Source of the DNA: Octopus vulgaris
Taxonomy: Eukaryota
Length of the DNA: 64,000 nucleotides
Direction: 5' to 3'
Assembly: GCA_951406725.2 (NCBI GenBank)
Contig: OX597825.1
Location: forward strand, 21,142,001 to 21,206,000
Shown here: in pieces, positions 39,760 through 55,009 of the stretch
Layout: the number at the start of each line of letters is the position of its first letter
How positions within the stretch are numbered: the stretch's first letter is position 1
Made by a program: the position numbers and the translations under genes
The notes under the pieces: generated by a model
What the model saw: the letters and a program-made list of their open reading frames with translations, nothing else
Database searches by the model: none
Told to the model about the DNA's origin: nothing

Positions 39760-39845
<86 letters not shown>

Positions 39846-39847
39846 AT

Positions 39848-40025
39848 GGAGAGTTTACGAAAAGAACAAAAGACGAAGGCGGGTGGTGTAGACAACAAAC
39901 AGATGTATTAGTACAACGCTCAGGAATAGAAAAAGTCTTTTACGTTTCGAGCCTACGCTCTTCTACAGAAAGGGACACAGAAAAACAAAGAGAGAAACAA
40001 GGAGAGAGAAAAAAAGGAGAGAATA
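39848..40025 (-). mobile_element. solo 3' end of the PLE-1 family with a hammerhead-like motif at 39936-39973
   Basis: CCUUU CUGUAGA A GAGC-GUAG-GCUC GAAA CG UA AAAGA; flanked by TA repeats. Confidence 0.75.
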
Positions 40026-40599
40026 TATATATATACCAGTGGGTGTTGGTTGATTTTTATATAAGGTGTCATTGAATGAAATGTGTATGTGCCATTAAGG
40101 GCTGGTCGAATTTTAAGTAATGTATCGTTGAATGCCATACGCATAGATTTATGGATGTTGGCTGAACAAGATGCTGACGTCAGGTACACACATCACTCAC
40201 GAATCCCATGCAGTCACAATGCATTAAAAAAAGAAAAGCACACTCAACAGCATAAAACAGCACAAACCCACATTGTCACTTGAAAATTACAGACACGCTC
40301 AGGTGAAAAAAAATCCATACAAGCCATTACTGCTTATTGAAAAGGTCTCTCGGGATTTATTGCGCAACCGTTAATGGGCGAACACACATACACGCTCTAG
40401 TGCTAAGTGGATGCTATTGGGAACGCCTTGAGCATAAATATGTTATATCACTGAAGCGAAATGAAATCATCTATGGTAGTTTTGAAGATCAACGATTATT
40501 AGGTAATGTAGGAGTTGCTTGTTTGTCCGCACTACTGGTCGAAAGGCAAGGGAAATTTAGCCAAAAACAAAACTGTTGCTGAAAGGTATGAGCACTCAT

Positions 40600-41014
40600 A
40601 AGGTGGCGAGCTGGCAGAAACGTTAGCACGCCGGGCGAAATGCTTAGCGGTGTTTCGTCTGCCGTTACGTTCTGTGTTCAAATTCCGCCGTGGTCGACTT
40701 TGCCTTTCATCCTTTCGGGGTCGATTAAATAAGTACCAGTTACGCACTGGGGTCGATATAATCGACTTAATCCGTTTGTCTGTCCTTGTTTGTCCCCTCT
40801 GTGTTTAGCTCCTTATGGGTAGTAAAGAAATAGGTATTTCGTCTGCCGTTACGTTCTGAGTTCAAATTCTGCCGAGGTCGACTTTGATTTTCATCCTTTC
40901 GGGGTCGATTAAATAGTACCAGTTACGCACTGGGGTCGATATAATCGACTTAATCCGTTTGTCTGTCTTTGTTTGTCTTCTCTGCGTTTAGCCCCTTGTG
41001 GGTAGTAAAGAAAT
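40600..41014 (+). mobile_element. SINE A dimer with 16-bp TSD
   Basis: aggtatgagcactcat at 40584-99 and 41015-30. Confidence 0.9.
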
Positions 41015-41342
41015 AGGTATGAGCACTCATCGAAAGGTAAGACTATTGATCGATAGTGAGGAGGACTATTGAAGAAAGAACTATTAATTGCAAAACTGGT
41101 CTGGGATTACTGATCGAAGAAGACCTTCTTGTTGCTGTTATTTGTATATTTTATATTGAAATTTGTGCAATACGTCGATAATAATATTCTTGGTTTCAAC
41201 TTTCCAGCGGACTAATCACTGGTCTATTGCATTTATGACAGTGAGAGTGACAAGGGAGTACTTGTAACTCGTCGCAGAACAAATATCAACAACAAAAATG
41301 TCTTCATTTGCTATTTATTGTAATTTCAAGCCGTATTACAAT

Positions 41343-41708
41343 GAGAGCAGGAGCACTCAGAGAGGGCAAACCTCCGCCAAGGTAACACCAACGCCCTCTC
41401 AACGATTAGCCAGAGATCATTTTTAAAAATTAAAATATCTGAAATAAACTCGACTGCTCTCACAAACGAGGATACTAAAAATGAACCCGACTGCCTTAAA
41501 AAATTAGCAAAAAAAATAATAATCTAGAATCCTTGTCCGGTACCGGATCGATCCCAAAATCTAATCAGTTCGTGCCAGTCACGAGGCCAAACATCCCCGA
41601 AAGCTTCATCCGAATCCACCTAGTGGTTCTTGAGATATTTTGTCCACGGACAAAGAAACAAACACGACTGAAAACAATACCTCTGCCTTCGCTAAGGCAG
41701 AGGTAATA
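41343..41708 (-). mobile_element. Helentron-associated/Helitron-like non-autonomous element (fragment also at 21241-21292)
   Basis: terminal hairpin tacctctgccttcgctaaggcagaggta; subterminal inverted copy acctccgccaagg. Confidence 0.6.
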
Positions 41709-41801
41709 ATGTTTCTAAAAAAAAGACGGGTACTCGATACATAAAGCAGAGAAAATATTTTATATATCATAATTAAAGTTGATTATTGTTTTATTATGAA
41801 A

Positions 41802-42200
41802 CTAGCAGTATCGCCCGGCGTTGCTCGGGTTTGTAAGGGAAATAACTATATAAGCATTTTTAGAGAGTTATAGCCAAAAAAAATAGCAAAAAAATGCATT
41901 AAAGATGGAAAAAAAAATGATGGTAAATTTTTTTAAATCGTTGACTCATCGTAGACATTTTTAGAGAGTTACTTCCCTTATATAATAGCGAAAAAATGCA
42001 TTAAAATGGAAAAAAATTATGGTAAATTATTTTTAAAATCGTAGACTCATCGTAGACGCGCGCTAATACCCAGAAGGGCTCGATATGAATCACGACTATA
42101 AGATACCCGGTTTTGGTTAAACTGCACCGCAAAATGTGGGAGTAGTTAGGAATCTAAATCGTAGGAAACAGACACACAACTTGACTTTTATATATAAAGA
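41802..42200 (-). mobile_element. non-autonomous Helitron sharing its 3' end with 35282, with an internal tandem duplication
   Basis: a|ctagcagtatcgcccggcgttgctcggg ... tatataaaga|t. Confidence 0.75.
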
Positions 42201-42511
42201 TTAGGTGGACTAGCGGTTAGTGTGTTGCACTCACGATCGCCAGATTGTAAGTTCGATTCCAGCCACTAGTGGAGTGTTGTGTTCTTGGGAAAAACACTTA
42301 ATTTTACGTAGCTCTACTGCTGTGTGGTTACCCGCATGTCAAAGAATAGGCCCAACGTTTCCCTTGCGAGGCGCAATAGCAACTGAAAAAGGTTGAGGTA
42401 CGGTTTGCACTCCGACCTCGTACAACCATCACCAGTAACGATTATCCAAACAAATCCCCACGGATTTGAGGGATGTCGCTTCGGTGCTGCAAAGGCGTTA
42501 TCCGCCAAATC

Positions 42512-42998
42512 AAAGAACACAGGTGGAATATTCCCATTAAAATGTCTGTCAAATGTAAACATAACTGGCCGGATATTATTGTTTGGGACAGAGAGGCAAA
42601 GATATGCACCATTCATAGAGGTCAGCTGCCCAGCAGATATAAATATTTCTTTAAAAATCAAAGAAAAAGAGGATATCTATGGACAACGGCTTCGAAACCC
42701 CCAGCTTCTATATCCAGACTATGAATTCATATTCATACCGATAATAATTGGAGCACTAGGTTTTGTTAGTAAATACTTAAAGGAGAATCTGGATAAACTG
42801 GGATTTTCAGAAAGAGAAACTGACCGGCTGATTCGTACATTACAAGTGCAATCTGTGAGTGGAACAGTAAAGATATGCAAGACTTTTCTCAAGTTCCAAA
42901 TGTGAAATTGTCTGTGTTAACATCCCAATGATGGAGCTTTGTATCTTTGTTGGAAACCGGATCCCTCCTCAGTGGATGATTTGTAATAATTAAAAAAA
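42512..42998 (+). mobile_element. 3' end of an R4/Dong-like non-LTR retrotransposon (restriction-like endonuclease domain), frameshifted
   Basis: WNIPIK..VKCKHNWPDIIVWD.. / IEVSCP..KEKEDIY..IPIIIGALG (PD-(D/E)xK-type RLE). Confidence 0.8.
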
Positions 42999-43010
42999 TA
43001 GAGGACATAT

Positions 43011-43431
43011 AGGCGCAGGAGTGGCTGAGTGGCAAGTAGCTTGCTAACCAACCACATGGTTCCGGGTTCAGTCCCACTGCGTGGCATCTTGGGCAAGTGT
43101 CTTCTGCTATAGCCCCGAGCCGACCAATGCCTTGTGAGTGGATTTGGTAGACGGAAAATTGAAAGAAGCCTGTCGTATATATGTATATATATATATATAT
43201 AAGTATGTGTGTGTATATGTTTGTGTGTCTGTGTTTGTCCCCTTAGCATTGCTTGACAACCGATGCTGGTGTGTTTACGTCCCTGTCACTTAGCGGTTCG
43301 GCAAAAGAGAGACCGATAGAATAAGTACTGGGCTTACAAAGAATAAGTCCCGGGGTCGATTTGCTCGACTAAAGGCGGTGCTCCAGCATGGCCACAGTCA
43401 AATGACTGAAACAAGTAAAAGAGTAAAAGAG
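43011..43431 (+). mobile_element. full-length SINE family B
   Basis: A-box tggctgagtgg, B-box ggttcagtccc, internal (TA)n(TG)n, (AAAAGAGT)n tail. Confidence 0.9.
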
Positions 43432-43609
43432 TATATACATACACCCCCACATATATATGGGAAAGGAATACGTTGAATAAAATCATAGTCAACTGATCCT
43501 CCTGTATCTTCTTTTACCCAAAGCCAAGAGCGTTTCAGCATCTCCTCGTGTAAAATAATTAACATCAGGTTGTACACACTATTAAACTTGTAAGCTGTAG
43601 TATCATTGT

Positions 43610-44001
43610 TATGTGGAGACGCAATGGCCCAGTGGTTAGGGCAGCGGACTCGCGGTCGAGGGATCGCGGTTTCGCTTCCCAGACCGGGCGTTGTGAGTGT
43701 TTATTGAGCGAAAACACCTAAAGCTCCACGAGGCTCCGACAGGGGATGGTGGTGATCCCTGCTGTACTCTTTCACCACAACTTTCTCTCACTCTTACTTC
43801 CTGTTTCTGTTGTACCTGTATTTCAAAGGGCCGGCCTTGTCACTCTCTGTGTCTCGCTGAATATCCCCGAGAACTACGTTAAGGGTACACGTGTCTGTGG
43901 AGTGCTCAGCCACTTACACGTTAACTTCACGAGCAGGCTGTTCCGTTGATTCGGATCAACCGGAACCCTCGTCGTCGTAACCGACGGAGTGCTTCCATTC
44001 C
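43610..44001 (+). mobile_element. SINE family C with a third tail type and 11-bp TSD
   Basis: TSD agtatcattgt at 43599-609 and 44002-12. Confidence 0.85.
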
Positions 44002-44347
44002 AGTATCATTGTGCAACACAGTTATAGATCCCATTTGGCGGTGGTGACCCCAGTACAGAAAGAAAAGCAAAATAATCCCAGCTGGATTTGAACGCAGACG
44101 ATAAAGAAACACGCTTTAATACAACAGGCATCTCAGCCACCCGGCTATTTCGAAATCCATTTTGTGGTTGGCAAACATTCAGTCAGTTTGCATTGTTGAG
44201 ATTAAAATCTGTCAGCGTCCCGATCTCTTACATCTTGGCTGTGTTTCAAGCCGGTGGGGGTTTCAATTTGAACGGCATCCAAAACCGGAAACTCACAATG
44301 AACTGACAATAACTCAGTTAATAGTAACAACACTCAGGAGGATAGTC

Positions 44348-44387
<40 letters not shown>

Positions 44388-44469
44388 AAATAGACACACA
44401 CACACACACACATAAACATATATATATGTGTGTGTATATATTATATATATAATATATATATATATATGC

Positions 44470-44520
<51 letters not shown>

Positions 44521-45379
44521 GCACACACATACACATATATACATGATTGATTGATTGATTGATTCTAGTTTCAGCTCATGAGCTGTGGCCATGCTGGGGC
44601 ACCGCCATCAAAAAATTTGTGCCAACCACCGGATGCCGAAAATATATATATATATATATATGTCGTGCAAGAGTGGCTGTGTGGTAAGTAGCTTGCTGAC
44701 CGACAACATGGTTCCGGGTTCAGTCCCACTGCGTGGCACTTTGCGCAAGTGTCTTCTACTATAGCCTCGGGCCGACCAAAGCCTTGTGAGTGGATCTAGA
44801 AGACAGAAACTGAAAGAAGCCCGTCGTATACTCTTTACTATTTTACTTGTTTCAGTCATTTGACTGCGGCCATTCTGGAGCACCGCCTTTAGTCGAGCAA
44901 ATCAAGCCCGGGACTTATTCTTTGTAAGCCCAGTACTTATTCTATCGGTCTCTTTTGCCGAACCGCTAAGTGACGGGGACATGAACACACCAGCATCGGT
45001 TGTCAAGCAATGCTAGAGGGACAAACACAGACAGACAAACATATACACACATACATATATATATATATATATACATATATACGACAGGCTTATATCTTGA
45101 AGGCTCTTTCGTCACAACTTTCTCTCACTCTTTCCTCCTGCATCTTGCAGCTCACCTGCGACGAACCGGCGTCCCGTCTAGGTGGGGAACCTATACGCCA
45201 AGGAAACCGGGAAACCGGCCCTTATGAGCCAGGCGTGGCTCGAGAAGGAAAATATATATATATATGATCAATCATATGTGCAAGTAATATTACAACCCGA
45301 ATAATATTGCTATAAAATAGCTATGAGTAATCAATAGGTTTATTAGTTCTGAGTTCAACCTATCGATGTGAAGTTCGAC

Positions 45380-45610
45380 ATGCACAGCCACAGCCAGACA
45401 TGTTGCTTATTTGAGCAGCTCAGTATCATGGTGTCAAATTCACCCGTCTATCAAGACGAAATAGCAAGACATTGGGGAATATTATCTGCAATAGACTCTA
45501 AAATCATATGTGAGGAAACACATAACCCTCGGTCACTAAATAGATTGAAAATGGAGATAGATTCTATCGTTAAAATTTTCTCTGGAACCGTGAACATGTT
45601 TATATTTCAT
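45380..45610 (+). pseudogene. possible decayed GIY-YIG C-terminus of another PLE
   Basis: SPVYQ.EI..H....D.KII.EE.....R..ME...I......VN resembles PLE endonuclease ends. Confidence 0.3.
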
Positions 45611-45999
45611 CGATGCTGAAAGATAACTGTAAAGGACATTAGCTATTGTCGGTTGAACCCTTGGTATTATTGCTACTTTTTTCCACCACCAACACCCTAT
45701 AATGCACTTCTACCTTTCTTGCTTTATCATTCAAGGTCTCTCCTTTCTGCTGGTCCTCCTCCTCTTCCTTCAACTCTAGTTCTCTCTCTCTACTCCATGT
45801 TCTGGTCGTTTCTGATTACATGCATACACATCCGTGATCTTGCATCATCATTTTATGTCGTAATGCCATATAGATATGGAATCAATTACATTTATCTAAA
45901 CATCTCTAAATCATTAATATTACATGTAATTACTTGCCTTCCCTTTAAGAGTTCATGCTTGTTTCTGTGTGTATGCATATATCTGTATATATATATATA

Positions 46000-46125
<126 letters not shown>

Positions 46126-46155
46126 TATATATATACACACATATATATATATATA

Positions 46156-46192
<37 letters not shown>

Positions 46193-46492
46193 TTATATTA
46201 TTATGATTATTAGGGAATATTACTTTCGAGTACACAGGGAAAAGACATTAAAATTAGATGTACTGAAATGAACATCTCTCAATGTTTAATTCGTATATAT
46301 AAAAGTAATTTTAGAGACGAAACCACCTTCAACTCAATCGACACTGAAAGACTTTATACCCGAGTAAGTATTGAAACTAGATACCTCGTATCTAATCAAT
46401 ACCGACGTACTTTCATGAAACACGTGTCGTCTTATAAACGGAAAATACAGGAGTCAGAATAGATATAGTTAGTATAACATTTAATTTTTAAC

Positions 46493-46545
<53 letters not shown>

Positions 46546-46556
46546 TATATGTATGC

Positions 46557-46630
<74 letters not shown>

Positions 46631-47106
46631 GTATATTTGTTTCCGTGAATTTTGGCGGGCTGTTGGTAAGGGCATTTGAATTATAACAGCGAATGCAATC
46701 GACTGAACCACACGTGTTCTTATCGTTATGGTAAAATCTGGCGTGCGATTGAGTAGATTGTGTTTAGATGGTTTTGGCTGAGGAGCTACAAGTGAATTAA
46801 TGTGAGTAAAATTACATTTAATTCAGTAATAGCGAAACAATTGTCCCAAAATAATCTGTATATTTGTTATTTTTATTTGCCCTGTTCGTTTGAGCTAACA
46901 ATCGTGCTGACTTTCATTGGAAACATTTATTTTGTGGTTGAAACCTATTGGATCTATTTCTAGTACAAGAGTGAGCCACATAGTGACCACTCTCTTATAT
47001 TTATGTATAAAATGTTATCATAATCCAGGTTTCTTTGTGCACTGGGCCACTTGGTGTTAAATGGATATACTATTAAATTAGTATACAATTCTCTCAGCCT
47101 TATTAA

Positions 47107-47160
<54 letters not shown>

Positions 47161-47248
47161 TGCATATATATATATATATATATGTATGCACATATATATA
47201 TATATATATATATATGTATGCACAATATATATATATATATATATATAT

Positions 47249-47448
<200 letters not shown>

Positions 47449-47629
47449 TATTCTTTGTTTCAGTCATTTGACTGCGGTCATACTGGACTTACTCTTTGTA
47501 AGCGTAGTACTTATTCTATTGCTCTCTTTTGTCGAACCACTAAGTTACAGGGACGTAAACACACCAACATCGGTTGTTAAGCGATGGTGGAGGAAGAAAC
47601 ACAGACACACACATGTATACATACATACA

Positions 47630-47691
<62 letters not shown>

Positions 47692-48024
47692 CCTACGACA
47701 GGCTTCCTTCAGTTTGCGTCCACCAAATCCACTCACAAGGCTTTGGTCGACCCGGCACGAGACTATAGTGGAAGACATCTGTCCATGTTGCTAGGCAGTG
47801 GGACTGAACCCGGAACCATGCGGTTGGGAAGAAAGTTTCTTACCACACAGCAGCGTCTAATATAATATTGTACATCATATAATATCACATATCATTGATA
47901 AATGTGTGTGTGTGTGCATACATTCACTCATTCATTCATTCATATGTTTTTCTTCTCTTAAGGTTTTTGTTTTCGCTCTCCCCATTTTTTTTTACTCTCA
48001 GCCCTTTCTGTCGATGAGTGAAGG

Positions 48025-48078
<54 letters not shown>

Positions 48079-48120
48079 CCATATATGTATATGTATATAT
48101 ATATGCTTATATATATGTAT

Positions 48121-48628
<508 letters not shown>

Positions 48629-49214
48629 TTACTTGGAGACCAAGAAAAACGACGCGAGCGTTTAATCATATAATACCAATTTAATAAATAAAACATACGC
48701 ATACTTACATACATATATGTACATACCTACATCTATATGTATATATACATGCATATATGAGTACAGGACACCACAAATAAATGTAGAACACAACGAGAAA
48801 CGAAAACATAAAATCAAACAAGGAAACGAACTTTTTTTAACAACGAAAAAACAGAGTACAAGACAAATACTTATACACACACACACACACACGCGCACAC
48901 ATACACACACTGCGTGTGACAGTATGAGTGTGTGCGAGTGTGGGTGTGAAAAATTGCAGCAAAATCCTTATAAGAAATGCTACCATCGTACAAAACATGG
49001 ACTTGTGAAACAATATATCCCTGTCCTAAGTATGAGAAAACGCGAGGGATGACTAAAAATCAACTGAGGTTTGTGGTCCGAAATAAAACTCAATTACAAT
49101 ATCGCTTAGCAAATTATGTTTCAAGGTAGATAACTCACAAATCAAACCGTTTCTAAGGGAAATAACTCTGAGTAATTTTTTTTTTTTGTAAATTATTAGA
49201 TGTAAAAATACGTC

Positions 49215-49540
49215 AGTACTCCGTCGGTTGTGACCATCACTGTTCCAGTTGATCCGATAAACAAAACACTCTGCTTGTGAAATTAATGTGCAACTGGTTG
49301 AGTATTCCACAGACTCATGTACCCTTAATGTAGTCCTCAGGGGATTCAGCGTGACACAGAATGCGACAAAGCTGGTCCCTTTCAATTACAGGTACTACGC
49401 ATTTTTACCGGTTGACTGAACTGGAAAAACGTGAAATATAGAGTCTTGCTGAACGATACAATGCACTACCAGGTATTGAACGCACGACATTGCGACCGTG
49501 AGCCAAATACCCTAACCACTAAGCCACGTGCCTTTGCAGA
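49215..49540 (-). mobile_element. SINE family D, diverged
   Basis: similar to 4605-4925. Confidence 0.65.
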
Positions 49541-50029
49541 TAAATAAATAAATAAATGGTAGGCTGAAATATCTGGTGGTATTATGCTTCGGCCTTTCAT
49601 ATTCTGAGTTAAAAATTCACCGAGATCAACTCCGCCTATCGATCTTCCGGGTTCAATATAATAAATCCCGAGAGGGCAGATGTGTGGTGGTTACATCAGT
49701 GTGTGTATGTATATACGTGTGTATGTATATACGCGTGTATGCGTGTATTTTTCTCTGTGCATACGTGTATATAAATATTAGTATGGATGTGCATATATAC
49801 TTGACATTATGTACATGTGTGTATATGTTTGTATTTTGATGAAATGAATTGTGAGTCCACTACAAGATGGATGTCAAGTGCCACTCTGTACGACTACGAT
49901 ATAAGAATCTGTATACCTGCGACTGTTTACTTCCAATTCCTTGGAAAAAGTTATTCTTCTTACCCCACGACATAAACATCGCCAGATCTTCTGACAGGCT
50001 CAATGGTAATGAGTGTCCATGCTTGCATT

Positions 50030-50656
50030 CTTTTTCTTTTTCTTCTTCTTCTTCTTCTTCTTCTTCTTCTTCTTCTTCTTCTTCTTCTTCTTCTTCTTCT
50101 TCTTCCTCGTCTTCTTCTTCTTCTTCTTCTTCTTCTTCTTCTTCTTCTTCTTCTTCTTCTTCTTCTTCTTCTTCTTCTTCCTCCACTTCTTTTTCCTCTT
50201 CTTCTTTTTTCCTCTTCTTCTTCTTCTTTCTTTTTTCTTCTTCTCTTCCTCCTCCTCTTCCTCTTCCTTCTCTTCTTCTTCTCATCCTCCTCCTCCTCCT
50301 CCACTTCTTTTTCTTCTTTTTCCTCTTCTTCTTTTTCCTTTTCCTATTCTTCTTTTTCTTCTCCTTCTTCTTCTCCTCCTCCTCCTCCCCCTTCTTTTTT
50401 TACCTCTTCTTCTTTTTCCTCTTCTTCTTTTTCCCTCTTCCTCTCCCTCCTCTTCTTCTTCTTCTTTTTCCTCTTCTTCTTTTTCCTTTTCCTCTCCTTC
50501 TTTTTCTTCTTCTCCTCCTCCTCCTCCTCCCCCTTCTTTTTTCCCCTTCTTCTTTTTCCTCTTCTTCTTTTTCCCTCTTCCTCTTCCTCTCCCTCCTCTT
50601 CTTCTTCTTCTTCTTCTTCTTCTTCTTCTTCTTCTTCTTCTTCTTCTTCTTCTTCG
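50030..50656. repeat. (CTT)n / polypyrimidine tract
   Basis: direct reading. Confidence 0.95.
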
Positions 50657-52007
50657 TTCAAATTCCGCTGAGGTCGACTTTGCCTTTCAACCTTCGGCAT
50701 CGACAAAATAAGTACCAGTGGAGCACTGGGGTCGATGTAATAACCTTACTCGTTCTCCTCCGAAATTGCTTACCTGGTGCCAAAATTTGAAATTATCATT
50801 ATCATTATTATTATTGAGTGAGAGAGCAGTGCATGCCATCAAAGTGACACTGGGGTACAAATATACGAAGCCCAGTATACCCATCATGACTACCCGTATG
50901 ATAAGGGTACACCAGGCACATGCACCACAACCATATCAAGATAAACAGCACATGACCTTGCAGGTGGGGCCCAGTTAGAATTTTCTTCTGGTCGAGTGGC
51001 CCATCCCGCTCAAAAGTTCCCTGAATAAGGGCTGTTTAAGGATGCTAAACAAAATATACTTGTCTCCAGAGATGAATTATTCAAATCCCAAAGAATTCCT
51101 CTCAATACACGGTTATGATGCCTCTCCACTACTTCTGCTCATGATTAGAGATGCACACATCGTCAGCCACCGAGGGATATTCTCAGATGGTTAAGGTCAA
51201 ACTATTGACAAGCAAATCTGTGGTATTGAGCAGAATATTTGCTGTAGACCATCTTTTAAACCAAGACAAAACAATGTACATGATAACACTTCCAATCAGT
51301 TAAGATCAGATTAGAACAACTTCCAATCAATTAAGGTCAGAAGATAACACTTCGGCTGCCAAATGGCAGAAACATAAACATGCCGGGCAAAATACTTCAG
51401 AGCATTTCGTCAAATTTTGCCGAGGTGGACTTTGCCTTCTATCCTTTCGGGGGTCGGTAAAATCAGTGCCAGTTGTGTACCGGATGACGATGTATATGAC
51501 TTTTTCCGCTCCTCAAAATTACAACGTTAGAAGAAATTATTAACATCATTCTTTAGTGGATTAATATCATCGTTAAAATGCTTGACAAGACTTCTTTCAG
51601 TACTTTATTTTTCTGAAATCCTTCCGTAGTCAGACTTGCTTTTGATGTCCCAGAGTTCGATAAAACAGAGAACCAATTAAACACTGGAGTCAATAGTATT
51701 GATTACAACTCTTCGACCAAATATTTCTGGTCTTGGGCCTAGGCTAGAAACCTTCATTTTAATCATAGTATTGTGGATTAGCAGAATTGTTAAAATGCCG
51801 GAGAAAATGTTTTGCTGTGTTTGTTCCGGTACTTAATGAGTTCAAGTCCTATCTCGGTCGACTTTGCCTTTCACACCTTCGAGATCACTAAAATAGCGTA
51901 CCAGTAACTTACTGGGATATCAATTAAATGAACTGCCCCTTCCTTCAATCGCTTTGGCCTTGTGCTTAGATTACAAACAATTTTTAAATATATTTGTGAA
52001 ACCAATA

Positions 52008-52415
52008 CTCTTATTCTTTTACTCTTTTACTCTTTTACTTGTTTCAGTCATTTGACTGTGGCCATGCAGGAGTACCGCCGTTAGTCGAGCAAATTGACCC
52101 CAAGTACTTATTCTATCGGTCTCTTTTGCCGGACCACTAAGTTACGAGGATGCAAACACACCAGCATCGGTTGTCAAGTGATGTTGGGGGGACAAACACA
52201 GACACACAAACATACACATACACACACACGCACACACACACACACATTTATATATACGATGGGCTTCTTTCAGTTTCCGTCTACCAAATCCATCACAAGG
52301 CTTTGGTCGGCCCGAGGCTATAGTAGAAGACATTTGCCCAAGGTGACATGCAGTGGGACTGAACCTGGAACTATGAGGTTGGTAAGCAAGCTACTTCGTA
52401 GCCACTCATGCGCCT
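52008..52415 (-). mobile_element. SINE family B
   Basis: match to other copies. Confidence 0.8.
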
Positions 52416-52784
52416 AACAATGTTGTAAGTTTTAAAGTTTATTGTCATATTTCCCTTTTACAAGATACTAATCGTGTGAAGGCGTGCGGCCCAGCGGTTA
52501 GAGTGTTACATGCACGATCATAAGCTCGTAGTTTCGATTCTCGGACCAGGCGGTGCGATGAGTTCTTGCGCAAAACTCTTAATTTCATGTTGTCCCAGTC
52601 TACTCGGCTGTAAATGAGCTCCAGTTACAGTTGGGAAGTTAACCTTATGAAGGACTGGCGTCCCGTTCAGAGTGTGTTGGGGATAGAATTGTAATTTCAG
52701 TCACTGACACGCAATGACAGCTGAGTTAAGTTCTGTAGGTAGAAGTCGGGGGCGTAACAGACCTAAGATGCTAAACGTGCTTAC

Positions 52785-52788
52785 ATGT

Positions 52789-52828
<40 letters not shown>

Positions 52829-53340
52829 TACATACATACATACATATATGGATGCATACATACATACATATATGGATGCATACATACATAAATACATAAA
52901 TAAATACATACATCCATACCTACACACCTAAGCATACACATACGTACATAATACATACATACATACATACATACATACATACATACATACAAACATACAA
53001 ACATACAAACATACATACATACATACATACATACATACATACATGCATACATACATACATACATGCATACAAACAAAAATACCCTGTTGTTGATGTCGAA
53101 ATTCCAGTTAAGGGCCCTTGGATCTAGGTTTGAAACCGGCTCTTTCTCTATTGGCAAGAAATCTTGAAATTAAACTAAACAACGACATACATACATACGT
53201 ACATGCATACATACATATACACATACATACACACATCCATCCATCCATCCATCATACATACATACATACATACATCCATGCATACATACATACAACCATC
53301 CATCCATCCATACATACATACCTACATAGAAACATACATT

Positions 53341-53372
<32 letters not shown>

Positions 53373-53546
53373 CATACATACACACATCCATCCATCCATA
53401 CATATATACATACATACATACATACATACATCCACACATCCATCCATCCATCCATCCATACATACATACATACATACATACATCCATACATACATACATA
53501 CATCCATCCATCCATACATACATACCTACATAGAAACATACATTCA

Positions 53547-53580
<34 letters not shown>

Positions 53581-54254
53581 CATACATACACACATCCATC
53601 CATCCATACATATATACATACATACATACATACATACATCCACACATCCATCCATCCATACATACATACATACCTACATAGAAACATACATTCATACATA
53701 CATACATACACGCTTAAGCGTATACATACGTATATACATACTATCGGATATCACACACTTGAAAGTGTGATGAAATTTGAGTGACCACCTCCACATAAAA
53801 CGACTTTCCATATCTATTACAACTATCATTGAATACAAAGGAATAACTAGAACAAAAGACCGACTTTGATCAAAACACACACATTCTTATACATAATCTT
53901 CTACACACTAACTTATACGCATGCATATATACACACACACATGCTTATACACAATCTTCTACATACAAGCATACACATATATGAACACTAACACATCAAA
54001 ATTTGTACACACGCACACAGGCATACATACACATACCTATATGAACTTATGTACATACACACTTATACACACATGTACACAATGCACAACTATATGCACA
54101 TACATAGTAATATTCATACACGCGTATACACGCAGAAAATACACGCATACACACGTATATACATACACACACAGATGTAACCACTACATACCTGCCCACA
54201 CAGATATATAAGTAGACACGGATACAAAAATACGTACATACATACATACATACA

Positions 54255-54286
<32 letters not shown>

Positions 54287-54622
54287 CATAGGGAGAGTTT
54301 ACGAAAAAAGACATACATACATACGTACATACATGCATACATAGACTAGATACATACATATTAACATACATATTAACATACATACATACATAAATACATA
54401 CATAGACATACATACATAAATCTACATACATAGACATACATGCATACGTACATACTTAGACATGCATATTTACATAGACATACATACAGATAGATATACA
54501 TACACACGTACATACAAAATAAACATAACAAACACAAGAACTCAGAAAACGTACGTGTATACACTCACACACACACAGACTTATGCACTATATTTATATT
54601 CATATTTATATTTATATTTGTG

Positions 54623-54666
<44 letters not shown>

Positions 54667-54723
54667 CATATATACATACAAACACCGATAAATATATATA
54701 GATATACATATACAAATATATAT

Positions 54724-54761
<38 letters not shown>

Positions 54762-54773
54762 GGTATGTATGTA

Positions 54774-54810
<37 letters not shown>

Positions 54811-54821
54811 GTATGTATGTA

Positions 54822-54853
<32 letters not shown>

Positions 54854-54926
54854 CACACGTATATATATATATATTTTTATATATATATGTATATATATAT
54901 ATATATATATATTATATATTTATATA

Positions 54927-55005
<79 letters not shown>
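52785..55005. repeat. (CATA)/(CATC)/(TA)/(TG) low-complexity block, with a higher-order repeat at 53290-53710
   Basis: cctacatagaaacatacattcat occurs three times. Confidence 0.9.

Positions 55006-55009
<4 letters not shown>

Noticed and set aside
43011-43085. tRNA genes at SINE heads
   Set aside because: A/B boxes are present but no complete cloverleaf is evident; they continue into SINE bodies.
49860-50790. Poly-E/S/F/L ORFs (also 36491-36872, 60366-61172)
   Set aside because: Trinucleotide repeats open in several frames.
50790-51350. Complex sequence following an (ATT)n tract
   Set aside because: Probably a minus-strand retroelement 3' UTR but cannot be classified from this window alone.
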